Origin: Candidatus Angelobacter sp.
GTDB taxonomy: Bacteria; Acidobacteriota; Terriglobia; Terriglobales; Acidobacteriaceae
Assembly (NCBI GenBank): GCA_035940535.1
Contig: DASZEU010000238.1
Span: forward strand, 1 to 51,264
Direction: 5' to 3'
DNA length: 51,264 nucleotides
Made by a program: the position numbers and the translations under genes. Within the stretch, counting starts at the first letter, position 1; the number at the start of each line of letters is the position of its first letter. Of the stretch, positions 1 through 9,522 are shown piece by piece. The notes below the pieces were generated by a model that searched no databases, was not told the DNA's origin, and saw nothing but the letters and a program-made list of their open reading frames with translations.

Positions 1-104
1 TTTCAGCCATAGGCATTGGTGGATTTAGGCCAAAGGTGAACTTCATATCTCAGCATCTCTGGCGCCTTCTATGTGCTGAAATTGTCTCAGGCGCAATGAA
101 TTTT

Positions 105-308
105 CAGTCGTCCCCTGAAGCCTGGATTATTCAGGTTTGAACGTAATATGCGGAAAATGCGCTAAAATGCATGAAACCCATACACTGGTTATATACGGCG
201 TGTCGTTTCTGGCCCTATGCAAAAATGAGCCTCAAACCCGCACCATTACTGCACTTCCCGCATTTTTGTTCAAATACTCATGAATAATCCAGGCTGAAGG
301 GGGGACTG
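105..308. repeat. ~200-bp imperfect palindrome (MITE-like element or structured RNA)
   Basis: Perfect 15-bp arms agcctggattattca (119-133) and tgaataatccaggct (281-295). Further paired blocks at 105-109/304-308, 112-116/298-302, 136-142/268-274 and 148-153/258-263. No ORF inside. Confidence 0.5.
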
Positions 309-326
309 GCTTATCTGCCTATCTTT

Positions 327-356
327 CCCGCCGTTGAAACGGCGGGCTGTTTTCGT
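327..356 (+). terminator. Candidate intrinsic terminator
   Basis: GC hairpin cccgccg (327-333) / cggcggg (340-346) followed by ctgttttcgtt. A second hairpin gtccggc/gccggac lies at 359-377. Confidence 0.45.
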
Positions 357-410
357 TCGTCCGGCTAAACGCCGGACTAGCACCCAGATGCTATAACGCT
401 GGTGTACCAA

Positions 411-455
411 AACACATCAGCGGCAATCAGTTCAAATCAGCGTTCATCAGCGTTG
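411..455. repeat. ATCAG(CG) short tandem units, 10-bp period
   Basis: ATCAG starts at 416, 426, 436 and 446. Same unit type as the arms of the 40927-41035 palindrome. Confidence 0.6.
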
Positions 456-478
456 AGCTTTTGGTTGCGGTAATTGAA

Positions 479-1843
479 TTACTCCTCGTCCACAACGCCG
501 ATCTTCGACAAACGATATCGCAATGCATTGCGAGAGAGCCCTAACATGCGCGCTGCCTGACTTTTGTTGCCCTGGGCACGACGCAAGGCTTCGCGAATCA
601 TCTCGTCCTCCCACTGTTCCAGGGTCACGCCTTCGGGAAGCAACGGGGCTGTAGCCGTTGCAGCTACCGCCTTCGCAGGACCCGAATCGAGGTGGATGTC
701 GTCAACGTCGATCACCTCATCAGATGAAAGAGCAACGGCGCGTTCCACTGTGTTTTCAAGCTGGCGCACGTTGCCGGGCCAGTGGTAATCCATTAACAGC
801 TTGATAGCAGGTGGTGTAATTGTCTCGATTTCTTTGCCGTTCTGGTGGGTAAAACGTGCGAGGAAATGGTGAACCAGGTCTGGAATATCTTCCTTATGCT
901 CGCGCAACGGAGGAATATCAATGGGCACAACGTTCAACCGGTAATAGAGATCTTCACGGAAGGTGCCCTGCTCCAGCGCCGCCCGCAAGTCCTTGTTGGT
1001 TGCCGCTACCAGGCGGACATCCACTTTAAGAGTCTTGGTCCCCCCCAAACGCTCGAACTCGCGTTCCTGAAGCACCCGCAGCAGCTTCACCTGAATGGGC
1101 GCGGGGACATCGCCGATTTCATCCAGAAAGAGCGAGCCTTTATCGGCCAGTTCAAACTTTCCCAGCTTGCTGTTGTTGGCTCCGGTGAATGCGCCTTTTT
1201 CATACCCGAAGAGCTCGCTCTCAAAAAGATTGTCGGGAATGGCCGTGCTGTTGATCTTGATGAATGGCCCTGAAGAGCGGCGCGAATTCTGATGGATGGC
1301 GCGGGCGATCAGGTCTTTGCCGACTCCGCTCTCGCCGCCTAGCAAGATCGTTGAATTCGTGGGAGCCACGCGCGCCACAACGGCCAGCACCTCTTGCATC
1401 TTGCCGCTGCGGGCAACGATATTCTGGTAGTGGTAGCGTTTGCCGAGGGCTTCGCGAAGGCTGCGATTCTCATCGCGCACCTTCTGAACGTCAAGCTCTT
1501 TGCGAATGACCAGCTTCATCTCCGCCATGGTGAATGGTTTGAGCACATAGTCGCTGGCTCCGGCCTTCATGGCGTCCACCGCGGTCTCCACCGAGCCGTA
1601 GGCTGTCATTACGACGATTGGCACTCCAGCATCCAGACGCTTGGCCTCCTGAAGAAACTCCAGGCCGTTCATCCCGGGCAGTTTGAGGTCGGTCAATACC
1701 AAATCGATGGCCTCTCTGCGCAGGCACTTCAACCCGGTCTCGGCTTCGGCGGCCGTATGTACAACATGCCCCTCTTCTCCCAGGCTGATCTCCAGCAGCC
1801 TGCGCATTTTGGGCTCGTCTTCAACGATCAAGATGGATGACAT
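479..1843 (-). CDS. Sigma-54-dependent response regulator (NtrC/Fis family: REC + AAA+ + HTH)
   Basis: N-terminal receiver (ILIVEDEP...DLVLTDLKLPGMNG). AAA+ with Walker A GESGVGKD and the GAFTGA sigma-54 contact loop. C-terminal Fis-type HTH (QAARMLGLSRNALRYRL). Confidence 0.95.
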   Translation of the reverse strand: MSSILIVEDEPKMRRLLEISLGEEGHVVHTAAEAETGLKCLRREAIDLVLTDLKLPGMNGLEFLQEAKRLDAGVPIVVMTAYGSVETAVDAMKAGASDYVLKPFTMAEMKLVIRKELDVQKVRDENRSLREALGKRYHYQNIVARSGKMQEVLAVVARVAPTNSTILLGGESGVGKDLIARAIHQNSRRSSGPFIKINSTAIPDNLFESELFGYEKGAFTGANNSKLGKFELADKGSLFLDEIGDVPAPIQVKLLRVLQEREFERLGGTKTLKVDVRLVAATNKDLRAALEQGTFREDLYYRLNVVPIDIPPLREHKEDIPDLVHHFLARFTHQNGKEIETITPPAIKLLMDYHWPGNVRQLENTVERAVALSSDEVIDVDDIHLDSGPAKAVAATATAPLLPEGVTLEQWEDEMIREALRRAQGNKSQAARMLGLSRNALRYRLSKIGVVDEE

Positions 1844-1851
1844 GACAAGAA

Positions 1852-3135
1852 TTAATGCAACTTTGCTTCCATTTCGGCGGATGCCGTTTCAGCGACGGCT
1901 TCAGGGAATAAAACTTGAAAGCAAGCACCCTGCCCCGGTTCGCTCGTCACCCGGACTGCGCCCCCGTGCAGGTCAACGAGCTTGGTAACAATCGCCAGCC
2001 CCAGACCTACGCCTGACTGCTTGGTAGTCACAAAGGGATTAAAAATGTGCTCTCGCGATTCTGCCGGAATGCCCGGCCCACTGTCTTCAATTTCCACCGC
2101 TATTTCTTTATGCTCTCCTTTTTCTATCGGATGAATTCTAATCTTCAAATCGCCTCCCGCTTCGCCCATGGCTTCACAAGCATTCAGCAGAAGATTGGTA
2201 AATACCACGTCGCAGAATTCCTCGTCGGCCATGACATTAGGAAGCGCGGGCGCATACTCACGTTGGACATTGACTCTAGTTGCTGCCTTTTGCTCCTGCA
2301 CATATCTCAAAGATTTTTCCACGATGGGCGGAAGCTGCTGCGATCGTAGCTGCATTTGTGATGGACGGGCAAAATCCAGGAAACGGCTGACCAGCGCGCT
2401 CAGGCGGTTTACCTCGGTATAGATATAGCCGGCAAGCTCTCTGGATAACGAGTCAGAGTCGCTAAGTTTTTGGTGAAGGATCTCAGCGGAACCTTTGATC
2501 ACACCCAATGGATTGCGGATTTCATGGGCCAACCCCGCAGAAAGCTGTCCGAGAGCAGCCAAGCGCTCGGCGCGGCGGGCTTCGTCCTGGGCTTTTTTCA
2601 AACTGCGATTAGCCTGGCTCAAGTTTTCTGCTGAGACTCGATAGCGCTGGGTCTGCCACCGCGATTCCATCACGAAGCGATTGACGATCATGCCCACCAA
2701 AAAGAAAAACACAATACGCAGTGAGAGTTCAGCTACGCCCTCAGGCGTCAAACGGTACTGCTTCAGTGCCGGATAGAGATAAGAACAATAGGCTGCCGAG
2801 GTCAACAACGTCCAGAAAAGCGTCCCCAACGGACCAAAATACATGGCGGCCGTCATGATAGGCAGATAGTAAATAGGGTAATAGCTGCTTTTAATTGGCA
2901 CATCACTGGTGTGGACCATGATGAGCGTTGCCAGCGCCAGCTTGATAACCACAGCCAAGGTCTCGCCATAGTGGGGAACAGCCCGGACAAACCTGCCTTC
3001 CAAAAGCTGAAAAGTTCCAATCAACAAAAGAATGACCTGCTTGTGCCATTCCCGCACCGGAGGCAGCAGGGCCAGCACGACCAGAAAAAGCAGCCACAGC
3101 AAGTCGAGCCAGCGAGGATTGGCGCGTTCTTCCAT
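1852..3135 (-). CDS. Membrane-bound sensor histidine kinase
   Basis: About 170-aa hydrophobic N-terminus. H-box LAHEIRNPL. HATPase N/G boxes (LLNACEAM, DSGPGI, GVGLGLAI). Lies 8 nt upstream of the regulator gene. Confidence 0.9.
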   Translation of the reverse strand: MEERANPRWLDLLWLLFLVVLALLPPVREWHKQVILLLIGTFQLLEGRFVRAVPHYGETLAVVIKLALATLIMVHTSDVPIKSSYYPIYYLPIMTAAMYFGPLGTLFWTLLTSAAYCSYLYPALKQYRLTPEGVAELSLRIVFFFLVGMIVNRFVMESRWQTQRYRVSAENLSQANRSLKKAQDEARRAERLAALGQLSAGLAHEIRNPLGVIKGSAEILHQKLSDSDSLSRELAGYIYTEVNRLSALVSRFLDFARPSQMQLRSQQLPPIVEKSLRYVQEQKAATRVNVQREYAPALPNVMADEEFCDVVFTNLLLNACEAMGEAGGDLKIRIHPIEKGEHKEIAVEIEDSGPGIPAESREHIFNPFVTTKQSGVGLGLAIVTKLVDLHGGAVRVTSEPGQGACFQVLFPEAVAETASAEMEAKLH

Positions 3136-3189
3136 GAGCGATAGGAGCTTCTCCTATCGCTCATAATACGGCATATTTGTGAGCGATAG
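3136..3189 (-). promoter_or_regulatory. 5' leader with two mutually exclusive hairpins abutting the kinase start codon
   Basis: Perfect 12-bp stem gagcgataggag (3136-3147) / ctcctatcgctc (3151-3162) ends at the ATG (3135). A third copy, gagcgatag, lies at 3181-3189. Confidence 0.4.
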
Positions 3190-3227
3190 CGAAAGCGCAA
3201 GGTCAACCGCAGAGCAAAACCCCTTTA

Positions 3228-3262
3228 ACCACAGAGGCCACGAAGGAACACGAAGGAAATCA
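3228..3262. repeat. CCTTyGyGG-family intergenic repeat (reverse orientation)
   Basis: ccacagaggccacgaaggaacacgaaggaaatc. Its reverse complement gives the units ccttcgtg.. ccttcgtgg cctctgtgg. Confidence 0.6.
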
Positions 3263-3383
3263 AAACATACTGGCTTAAGCTGCCTAAGTTCTTCGCATGA
3301 CGAAGATTTTTGACTGATAGCAGCGCAGGGCGCTGCAGCGTAGAATCTCAGTTTGGCCATAACTCGTTCAATTTGAGGTTGAT

Positions 3384-3418
3384 TTCCTTCGCGACCTTCG
3401 CGTCCATTGCGGTGAACT
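3384..3418. repeat. CCTTyGyGG-family intergenic repeat (forward orientation)
   Basis: Units ccttcgcga (3386), ccttcgcgt (3395), ccattgcgg (3404), then tgaactg. Exact 9-bp period. Inverted relative to 3228-3262. Confidence 0.6.
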
Positions 3419-3579
3419 GGTTTTGGTTGTCACTCTGAAATTACCCAATTACCAAATCTCACCGCGCAAAATAACCAGTCTTGGTTCGAATGACCAAGTT
3501 GTCCTGCCGGGGGCGGATTATGATCTTGCGGAACGTATCGTCTTTGATCGGTCGCGAGGGATAGTACCTACGAATTCTC

Positions 3580-3608
3580 TTGACAGGTCCCTTATTTCGA
3601 TTATTCTA
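3580..3608 (+). promoter_or_regulatory. Candidate sigma-70 promoter for arsR-arsM
   Basis: TTGACA (3580-3585), 16 nt, TATTCT (3602-3607). Overlaps the 8-bp palindrome ttctagaa and a tcgatt/aatcga inverted repeat. Would leave a very short leader before ATG 3619. Confidence 0.35.
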
Positions 3609-3618
3609 GAAATATAGG

Positions 3619-3972
3619 ATGAATCGATTCATGTCCAAGCCCAACGCCAACGACGTGGCCCGCTATGCGGACATGCTCTCTGCTATGGGAACGGAGACCC
3701 GGCTGCGCATCATGCGGCTGCTTCTGAGCGCGCACCCTGAAGGTTTGGTGGTTGGGGAGATTGGCGAAGAGTTGGAAATTCCCAATTCCACGCTCTCTCA
3801 TCACCTGGATAAGCTCAAGAATGACGGCCTGATCTGCATTCAGCGCGAGGGCACTTTCCTCCGCTGTACGGCCAACACGTCCGCATTGGAAGAACTGCTC
3901 GGATTTTTATACGCCGAGTGCTGCACCCGCAACAAAGCTGTAGAACCGCAGCGTGTTGTCTGCTGTGGTTAG
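3619..3972 (+). CDS. arsR: ArsR/SmtB-family metalloregulator
   Basis: Winged-HTH pattern ([10 protein letters not shown]...[31 protein letters not shown]) with C-terminal cysteines. ATG 3631 is an alternative start. Confidence 0.9.
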   Translation: MNRFMSKPNANDVARYADMLSAMGTETRLRIMRLLLSAHPEGLVVGEIGEELEIPNSTLSHHLDKLKNDGLICIQREGTFLRCTANTSALEELLGFLYAECCTRNKAVEPQRVVCCG

Positions 3973-3981
3973 GAGAGAGCG

Positions 3982-4809
3982 ATGAATACCGAAAACATCA
4001 AGGAAGTCGTCAGGGAAAAATATGGTGAAGCCGCGCGGCGCGTGGTTGCCGGGACAGGAAACTCCTGCTGTGGCGGCTCGCCCTGCGGTACCGAGGTCGA
4101 TCCCATCACCAGGGATTTGTATGACAGCGCGCAAGTGATTGGACTGCCCGAAGCTGCGGTGCGGGCATCGCTGGGCTGCGGAAATCCTACCGCTCTTGCC
4201 CAACTGCATGCGGGCGAAACCGTGCTTGATCTTGGCTCCGGCGGAGGGATCGATGTGTTGCTCTCCGCGCAACGGGTTGGTCCCACGGGCAAAGCTTACG
4301 GCCTCGACATGACGGACGACATGCTGTCCCTAGCGCGCGAGAACCAGCGCAAGGCTGGTGTGGAAAATGTTGAATTCCTCAAGGGTGAGATGGAAAACGT
4401 TCCCCTGCCTGATAACTCCGTGGACGTAATCATCTCCAACTGCGTCATCAACCTCTCTGCCGACAAAGACCGAGTGATGCGTGAGGCCTTCCGAGTGCTG
4501 AAGCCCGGCGGACGCTTTGCGGTTTCCGATGTCGTGGTGCGCGGCCTTGTGCCTGACGATGTTCGCAAGAGCATGCTCTTGTGGGTGGGCTGCATCGCTG
4601 GCGCACTGCAAGAGACGGACTACAGGACAAAACTTGCTGACGCGGGCTTTTCGGCCATCGAGATTGAGCCAACCCGCATTTATAACATCAATGATGCGCG
4701 GACGTTCCTGGGCGCGCAAGGCATCGACGTGGATGCCATCGCTCCCCAGGTTGAAGGCAAGTTCATGAGCGCCTTCGTGCGCGCCACCAAGCCTGTGAAG
4801 TGTTGTTAG
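3982..4809 (+). CDS. arsM: Arsenite S-adenosylmethionine methyltransferase
   Basis: SAM motif [11 protein letters not shown]. ArsM-type cysteine contexts LGCGNP, NCVINL, VGCIAGA. Follows arsR. SD aggagag lies upstream. Confidence 0.85.
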   Translation: MNTENIKEVVREKYGEAARRVVAGTGNSCCGGSPCGTEVDPITRDLYDSAQVIGLPEAAVRASLGCGNPTALAQLHAGETVLDLGSGGGIDVLLSAQRVGPTGKAYGLDMTDDMLSLARENQRKAGVENVEFLKGEMENVPLPDNSVDVIISNCVINLSADKDRVMREAFRVLKPGGRFAVSDVVVRGLVPDDVRKSMLLWVGCIAGALQETDYRTKLADAGFSAIEIEPTRIYNINDARTFLGAQGIDVDAIAPQVEGKFMSAFVRATKPVKCC

Positions 4810-4816
4810 CCAGGAA

Positions 4817-4908
4817 ATTGCCATGATTGCCACAAATGCCAAAATTGCCATAATTGAAAATTTCTCTCCAATTATGGCAATTGTGGCAGTTATGGCAATC
4901 CTGGCAAT
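4817..4908. repeat. 92-bp palindrome built from 4 + 4 nine-bp TGCCA/TGGCA units
   Basis: TGCCA at 4819, 4828, 4837, 4846 and TGGCA at 4875, 4884, 4893, 4902. The 40-bp arms 4817-4856 and 4869-4908 pair with 4 mismatches. Lies between the convergent arsM and PilZ genes. Confidence 0.8.
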
Positions 4909-4909
4909 G

Positions 4910-5629
4910 CTAGATAGTCATCCGCCGGTCGAGCCAGTTCTTAAGATGTTGATATGCGCCCTCGGCCAGAGAGTGAAACTTCACGCCAACCAGCCCTTCG
5001 GTATTGACCCAGGTGACCTCTCCCCGGCCCTGGATGGTTCCACCGAATGGAAGCTCAAACGAGAAACCAATCGTGGCTCCCAGTTGCTGCAACTCAGGGC
5101 ACCAGATGGCCATGCCTCCTTCGCTCAGGTTCGACATGGTGGCCCGGGGATCTTTGGCGTCCGTTTTCAAGTTGACCGGCGCCACCAGGGGATAGCGGAA
5201 ATAGCGGCGCTTCTCCGCGGCCATCAGGGGCGCTGCCGACTGGAATAGCTGGCCAATCTTCTCCGTAGTGAAAGGATGATGGACCACAAAATTCGCGCCC
5301 GCACTCAAGGCCAGAGTGACCTCGCTCGAAGAGGTAACGCAGGCGAACACCACCGAAGACTTGTTGGATTTTCCATTGCGAACCGCCTCAATCAGTTCCA
5401 TTGCGCCCGCAACCCGCAGGTCAACGATGATGCCGTCCAACTTTCTACGCGCAATATACTCCAAGGCGGAGGCCGGGCTGGGAGCGCAGCTCAATTTGCC
5501 GCCGGAATCGGCAACTGCTTTCGTAATGGCGCGGAGAGCAGGGTAGTCATCGCACACCACTAGAAAATCCAGGCCATGTCCCGCTCTACGAGCGGCTCCG
5601 GCAGCGACCGTATCTGTTTCTGGAAGCAC
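4910..5629 (-). CDS. Receiver-like domain + PilZ domain protein
   Basis: N-terminal REC-like pattern (FLVVCDD...GIIVDLRV). C-terminal PilZ motifs (RRYFRYP...DLSEGG-like SNLSEGGMAI). GTG start. Confidence 0.75.
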   Translation of the reverse strand: MLPETDTVAAGAARRAGHGLDFLVVCDDYPALRAITKAVADSGGKLSCAPSPASALEYIARRKLDGIIVDLRVAGAMELIEAVRNGKSNKSSVVFACVTSSSEVTLALSAGANFVVHHPFTTEKIGQLFQSAAPLMAAEKRRYFRYPLVAPVNLKTDAKDPRATMSNLSEGGMAIWCPELQQLGATIGFSFELPFGGTIQGRGEVTWVNTEGLVGVKFHSLAEGAYQHLKNWLDRRMTI

Positions 5630-5737
5630 GAGTCAAAGTGTAGCGCAGTATCCTGAACAAGCAATTTTTTTAACCGGGAATTCACGCAAAATAGTAATAA
5701 TTAGAATTTACTAATCTTACAAAGGGGATTGGAAAGC

Positions 5738-6144
5738 ATGACCACAAATGTTCTTCATATCAATGAGAAAACCTACGGCCAGTTGCTTCTCGGACGCTCC
5801 CTCACATCATCCATACTGCGGAGGAATACGAGCGATTCACGGCCGAGTTGATGGAACTGGACGAGCGTGAGAATCCTTCGCCGGAAGAAAAAGCGTTAGC
5901 CGACTTGCTGGCCATGCTGATTGAGCAGTTTGAAGAGCGTCGCTACCCCATCCGAAAGGGCACGCCTGTGCAAGTGTTGCACCATTTGATGGAGGCCCGT
6001 GGTCTCACGCAAAAGGACCTCTGTGAGATTTTTGGCTCAAAAGGAATTACGTCTGAGGTCGTGCGCGGTAAGCGTTCCATCAGCAAAACCCACGCCAAGA
6101 AGCTAGCTTCTTTTTTTAAAGTCAGCGCGGGTCTGTTCATCTGA
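5738..6144 (+). pseudogene. HigA-family HTH antitoxin, apparently frameshifted, with no higB partner
   Basis: The ORF from 5848 ends GSKGITSEVVRGKRSISKTHAKKLASFFKVSAGLFI (HigA C-terminal pattern). The same frame is open back to 5767 (LPHIIHTAEEYERFTAEL) but has no start codon. ATG 5738 is in another frame and stops at 5849. Confidence 0.6.
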
Positions 6145-6176
6145 ATCGCTGTTTTGATTTTGGAGAAATTAAGCAA

Positions 6177-7148
6177 TTATCCTTCCCATGCATCTCCCCA
6201 TTCGGCTTTGCGGGCTTTGCGATAACTCTCTTTTTGCGACTTGGTAATAGTGCGGTCCTCCAGTCCATGGGGCGTACATAGCAGGAGTTGCACATGTCCG
6301 CTGTGCTTGCGTGGATGGCGGACAATGCGCTCTTTCGCTGGCAGAAAGTTGTTTCGGGCAGCTACAACATACGAGAATTTTTCGTCTTCGTAGCCGAGCG
6401 ATCCTCCCTTCAAATGGCGATGTTCTGAACTGCGCTCGACACGCTGGGAAAAGTGGCACCAGTCACCGGCGACTGCCATAGGACACTCTGCCGCGTGAGG
6501 GCAGGGAGCCAGAAGATGCGCCCCGGAGGCGATCAACATGGAGCGCACTGAATTGACCAAACCAAAACCTCTGCGTGTGCCCGGTTCCAGCACTACCAGG
6601 AACTTCTGTGTAGACGCCCATGCTTGTCTCACGACTCGCTCTGCATCAGCTTGTGAAAGTTCGCCTAAGGTATAGGAAATTACGATCAGATCATGAGGTT
6701 CGAGCAGCAGGTCAACCCTCAGATCACGCCTGATCCAGCGGGCGCTTCGCACTGCTTCAAAAGGACTGTGAGCGCCGAGGCGTTTCCCCTGCTCCAGCCA
6801 CGCCGCGTCCTCTTCGATCAGGGTTACTTGGCCTAGCAGATCAAATTCGTGTGCCGCGGCATGGAGTCCCGTTCCCGGGCCTGCTCCCAGATCGAGAAGG
6901 CTGGTGACATTTGATTCGGGCGCCAGCCGCTGAATTTCGGAAAACACGCGGACGTTGGCGGCATAAGTGGCAGGCAGACGCGCTAGCAGGTAGGCGGCGC
7001 GATGCGCTTCGGTACGTAGCGGGCGAGAGGCAAAATCGGCAGCCTGGTATCGCTGCGTCAGTTCTGCCGAAGCCTGCGCCAAGCGTCGCCGGTCGATCTC
7101 TTCGACTTCTTGCTGAATGGCATCTTGTAACTCCTGCGGCAGACGCAT
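6177..7148 (-). CDS. Rsm22-like class I SAM-dependent methyltransferase
   Basis: SAM motif LLDLGAGPGTG. C-terminal Cys cluster (CPHAAECP...CHF). Overall Rsm22-family pattern. Confidence 0.75.
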   Translation of the reverse strand: MRLPQELQDAIQQEVEEIDRRRLAQASAELTQRYQAADFASRPLRTEAHRAAYLLARLPATYAANVRVFSEIQRLAPESNVTSLLDLGAGPGTGLHAAAHEFDLLGQVTLIEEDAAWLEQGKRLGAHSPFEAVRSARWIRRDLRVDLLLEPHDLIVISYTLGELSQADAERVVRQAWASTQKFLVVLEPGTRRGFGLVNSVRSMLIASGAHLLAPCPHAAECPMAVAGDWCHFSQRVERSSEHRHLKGGSLGYEDEKFSYVVAARNNFLPAKERIVRHPRKHSGHVQLLLCTPHGLEDRTITKSQKESYRKARKAEWGDAWEG

Positions 7149-7175
7149 GGGGGATAGTGTAGTGCTAAAAACCCA

Positions 7176-7224
7176 TTACACCGCAAAGGACAAGAAGAAG
7201 AAACGAAATCAGAGGCAAAGGTTC
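7176..7224. repeat. CCTTyGyGG-family repeat (reverse orientation)
   Basis: ttacaccgcaaaggacaag...cagaggcaaaggttc. The reverse complement contains tgtcctttgcggtgtaa. Confidence 0.5.
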
Positions 7225-7298
7225 TACCCCGGATCATGCGGATGAAACGCAGATCAACATTGCTAAATTCATTAAATTACAGGGTCGAAAATCACATC

Positions 7299-7361
7299 GT
7301 TCACTGCTTCCACTCCGTCCACCACGTCCACTCTGTCCACAACGTCCACTTTGTCCACGCC
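7299..7361. repeat. Seven tandem 9-bp GTCCACnnn units
   Basis: GTCCAC at 7317, 7326, 7335, 7344 and 7353. Degenerate units gttcac (7299) and ttccac (7308). Intergenic, between thiC and the Rsm22-like gene. Confidence 0.8.
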
Positions 7362-7443
7362 TCAACATAGCAAAGTTGATTTTCATGAGCTTTCGCGGGC
7401 CGCAGGCCCAAAGTGACAAATTACCAATTTCAAATTAGAAATT

Positions 7444-8892
<1,449 letters not shown>

Positions 8893-9046
8893 TTATCACC
8901 TTATACCAAATGGAAAACTCTTCATTATACGCGCCTTGAAGTGGCAAAAACGTGGCTCTAATTGCATTAAAAATGTCTAATAACACTTGACCCGCTGTTT
9001 GAATGGGGATAACCTTTGTGAGGTCAAATTGGAGTAACATAAAGTC

Positions 9047-9514
9047 ATGAACCCTACATACGCTCGTTTTGGAATAGCCATTGCGGTAATTGTTTTAGGA
9101 TTAGGATGCATGGCCTACATTGGGGTCCAGCAGAGCAAGAGCTATTACGTGCAAATCAAGGATTTACGCTCTTTGGGAAATGATGCTTACGAAAGGCATC
9201 TGCGCGTCGCCGGGAATGTACAGCCTGGGAGCATCCACACGAGAGGGACCAACGCTGATTTTGTGCTGGAGGAAAAAGGCCAGCTTCTAAACGTTAGCTA
9301 CAAAGGCGCTGAGCCCCCTCCCGACACTTTCAAAGATAGCGCCGTGGCCCTGGTAGTGGGCGAGTATGGTAAAGACGGCGTATTTCACGCAAACCAGATC
9401 CAGGCCAAGTGCGCTTCGAAATATAAAGCCCAGGCGGAGCAACAGGCGGCTGGCGCAACAGCTCCTGCTCCCCAAGCGGTTCCGGCGGCACAGGCACAAC
9501 CCAAGGGATACTGA
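9047..9514 (+). CDS. ccmE: Cytochrome c maturation haem chaperone CcmE, CxxxY variant
   Basis: N-terminal membrane anchor and OB-fold pattern (LRVAGNVQPGSI...FVL..). The haem-binding position reads AKCASKY (Cys122...Tyr126) instead of AKHDxxY. Confidence 0.9.
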   Translation: MNPTYARFGIAIAVIVLGLGCMAYIGVQQSKSYYVQIKDLRSLGNDAYERHLRVAGNVQPGSIHTRGTNADFVLEEKGQLLNVSYKGAEPPPDTFKDSAVALVVGEYGKDGVFHANQIQAKCASKYKAQAEQQAAGATAPAPQAVPAAQAQPKGY

Positions 9515-9522
9515 GGTCAACG

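Noticed and set aside
1-46. Possible minus-strand gene start (ATG at 46, MKFTFGLNPPMPMAE...) running off the window
   Set aside because: Only 15 codons are visible, the SD is weak, and there is no way to assess the product.
3470-3500. tRNA-like T-arm (cttggttcgaatgaccaag)
   Set aside because: The loop would be 9 nt rather than 7. No acceptor, D or anticodon arms can be drawn from the flanking sequence.
4875-4906. Sigma-54 promoter (TGGCAC-N5-TTGCA) within the TGGCA repeats
   Set aside because: With a 9-bp unit spacing, the GG and GC dinucleotides are not at the required -24/-12 distance. The element also lies between two gene ends.
7299-7361. CRISPR array
   Set aside because: The repeats are only 9 bp with no unique spacers, and no cas genes are present. 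The same applies to the other short-unit arrays.
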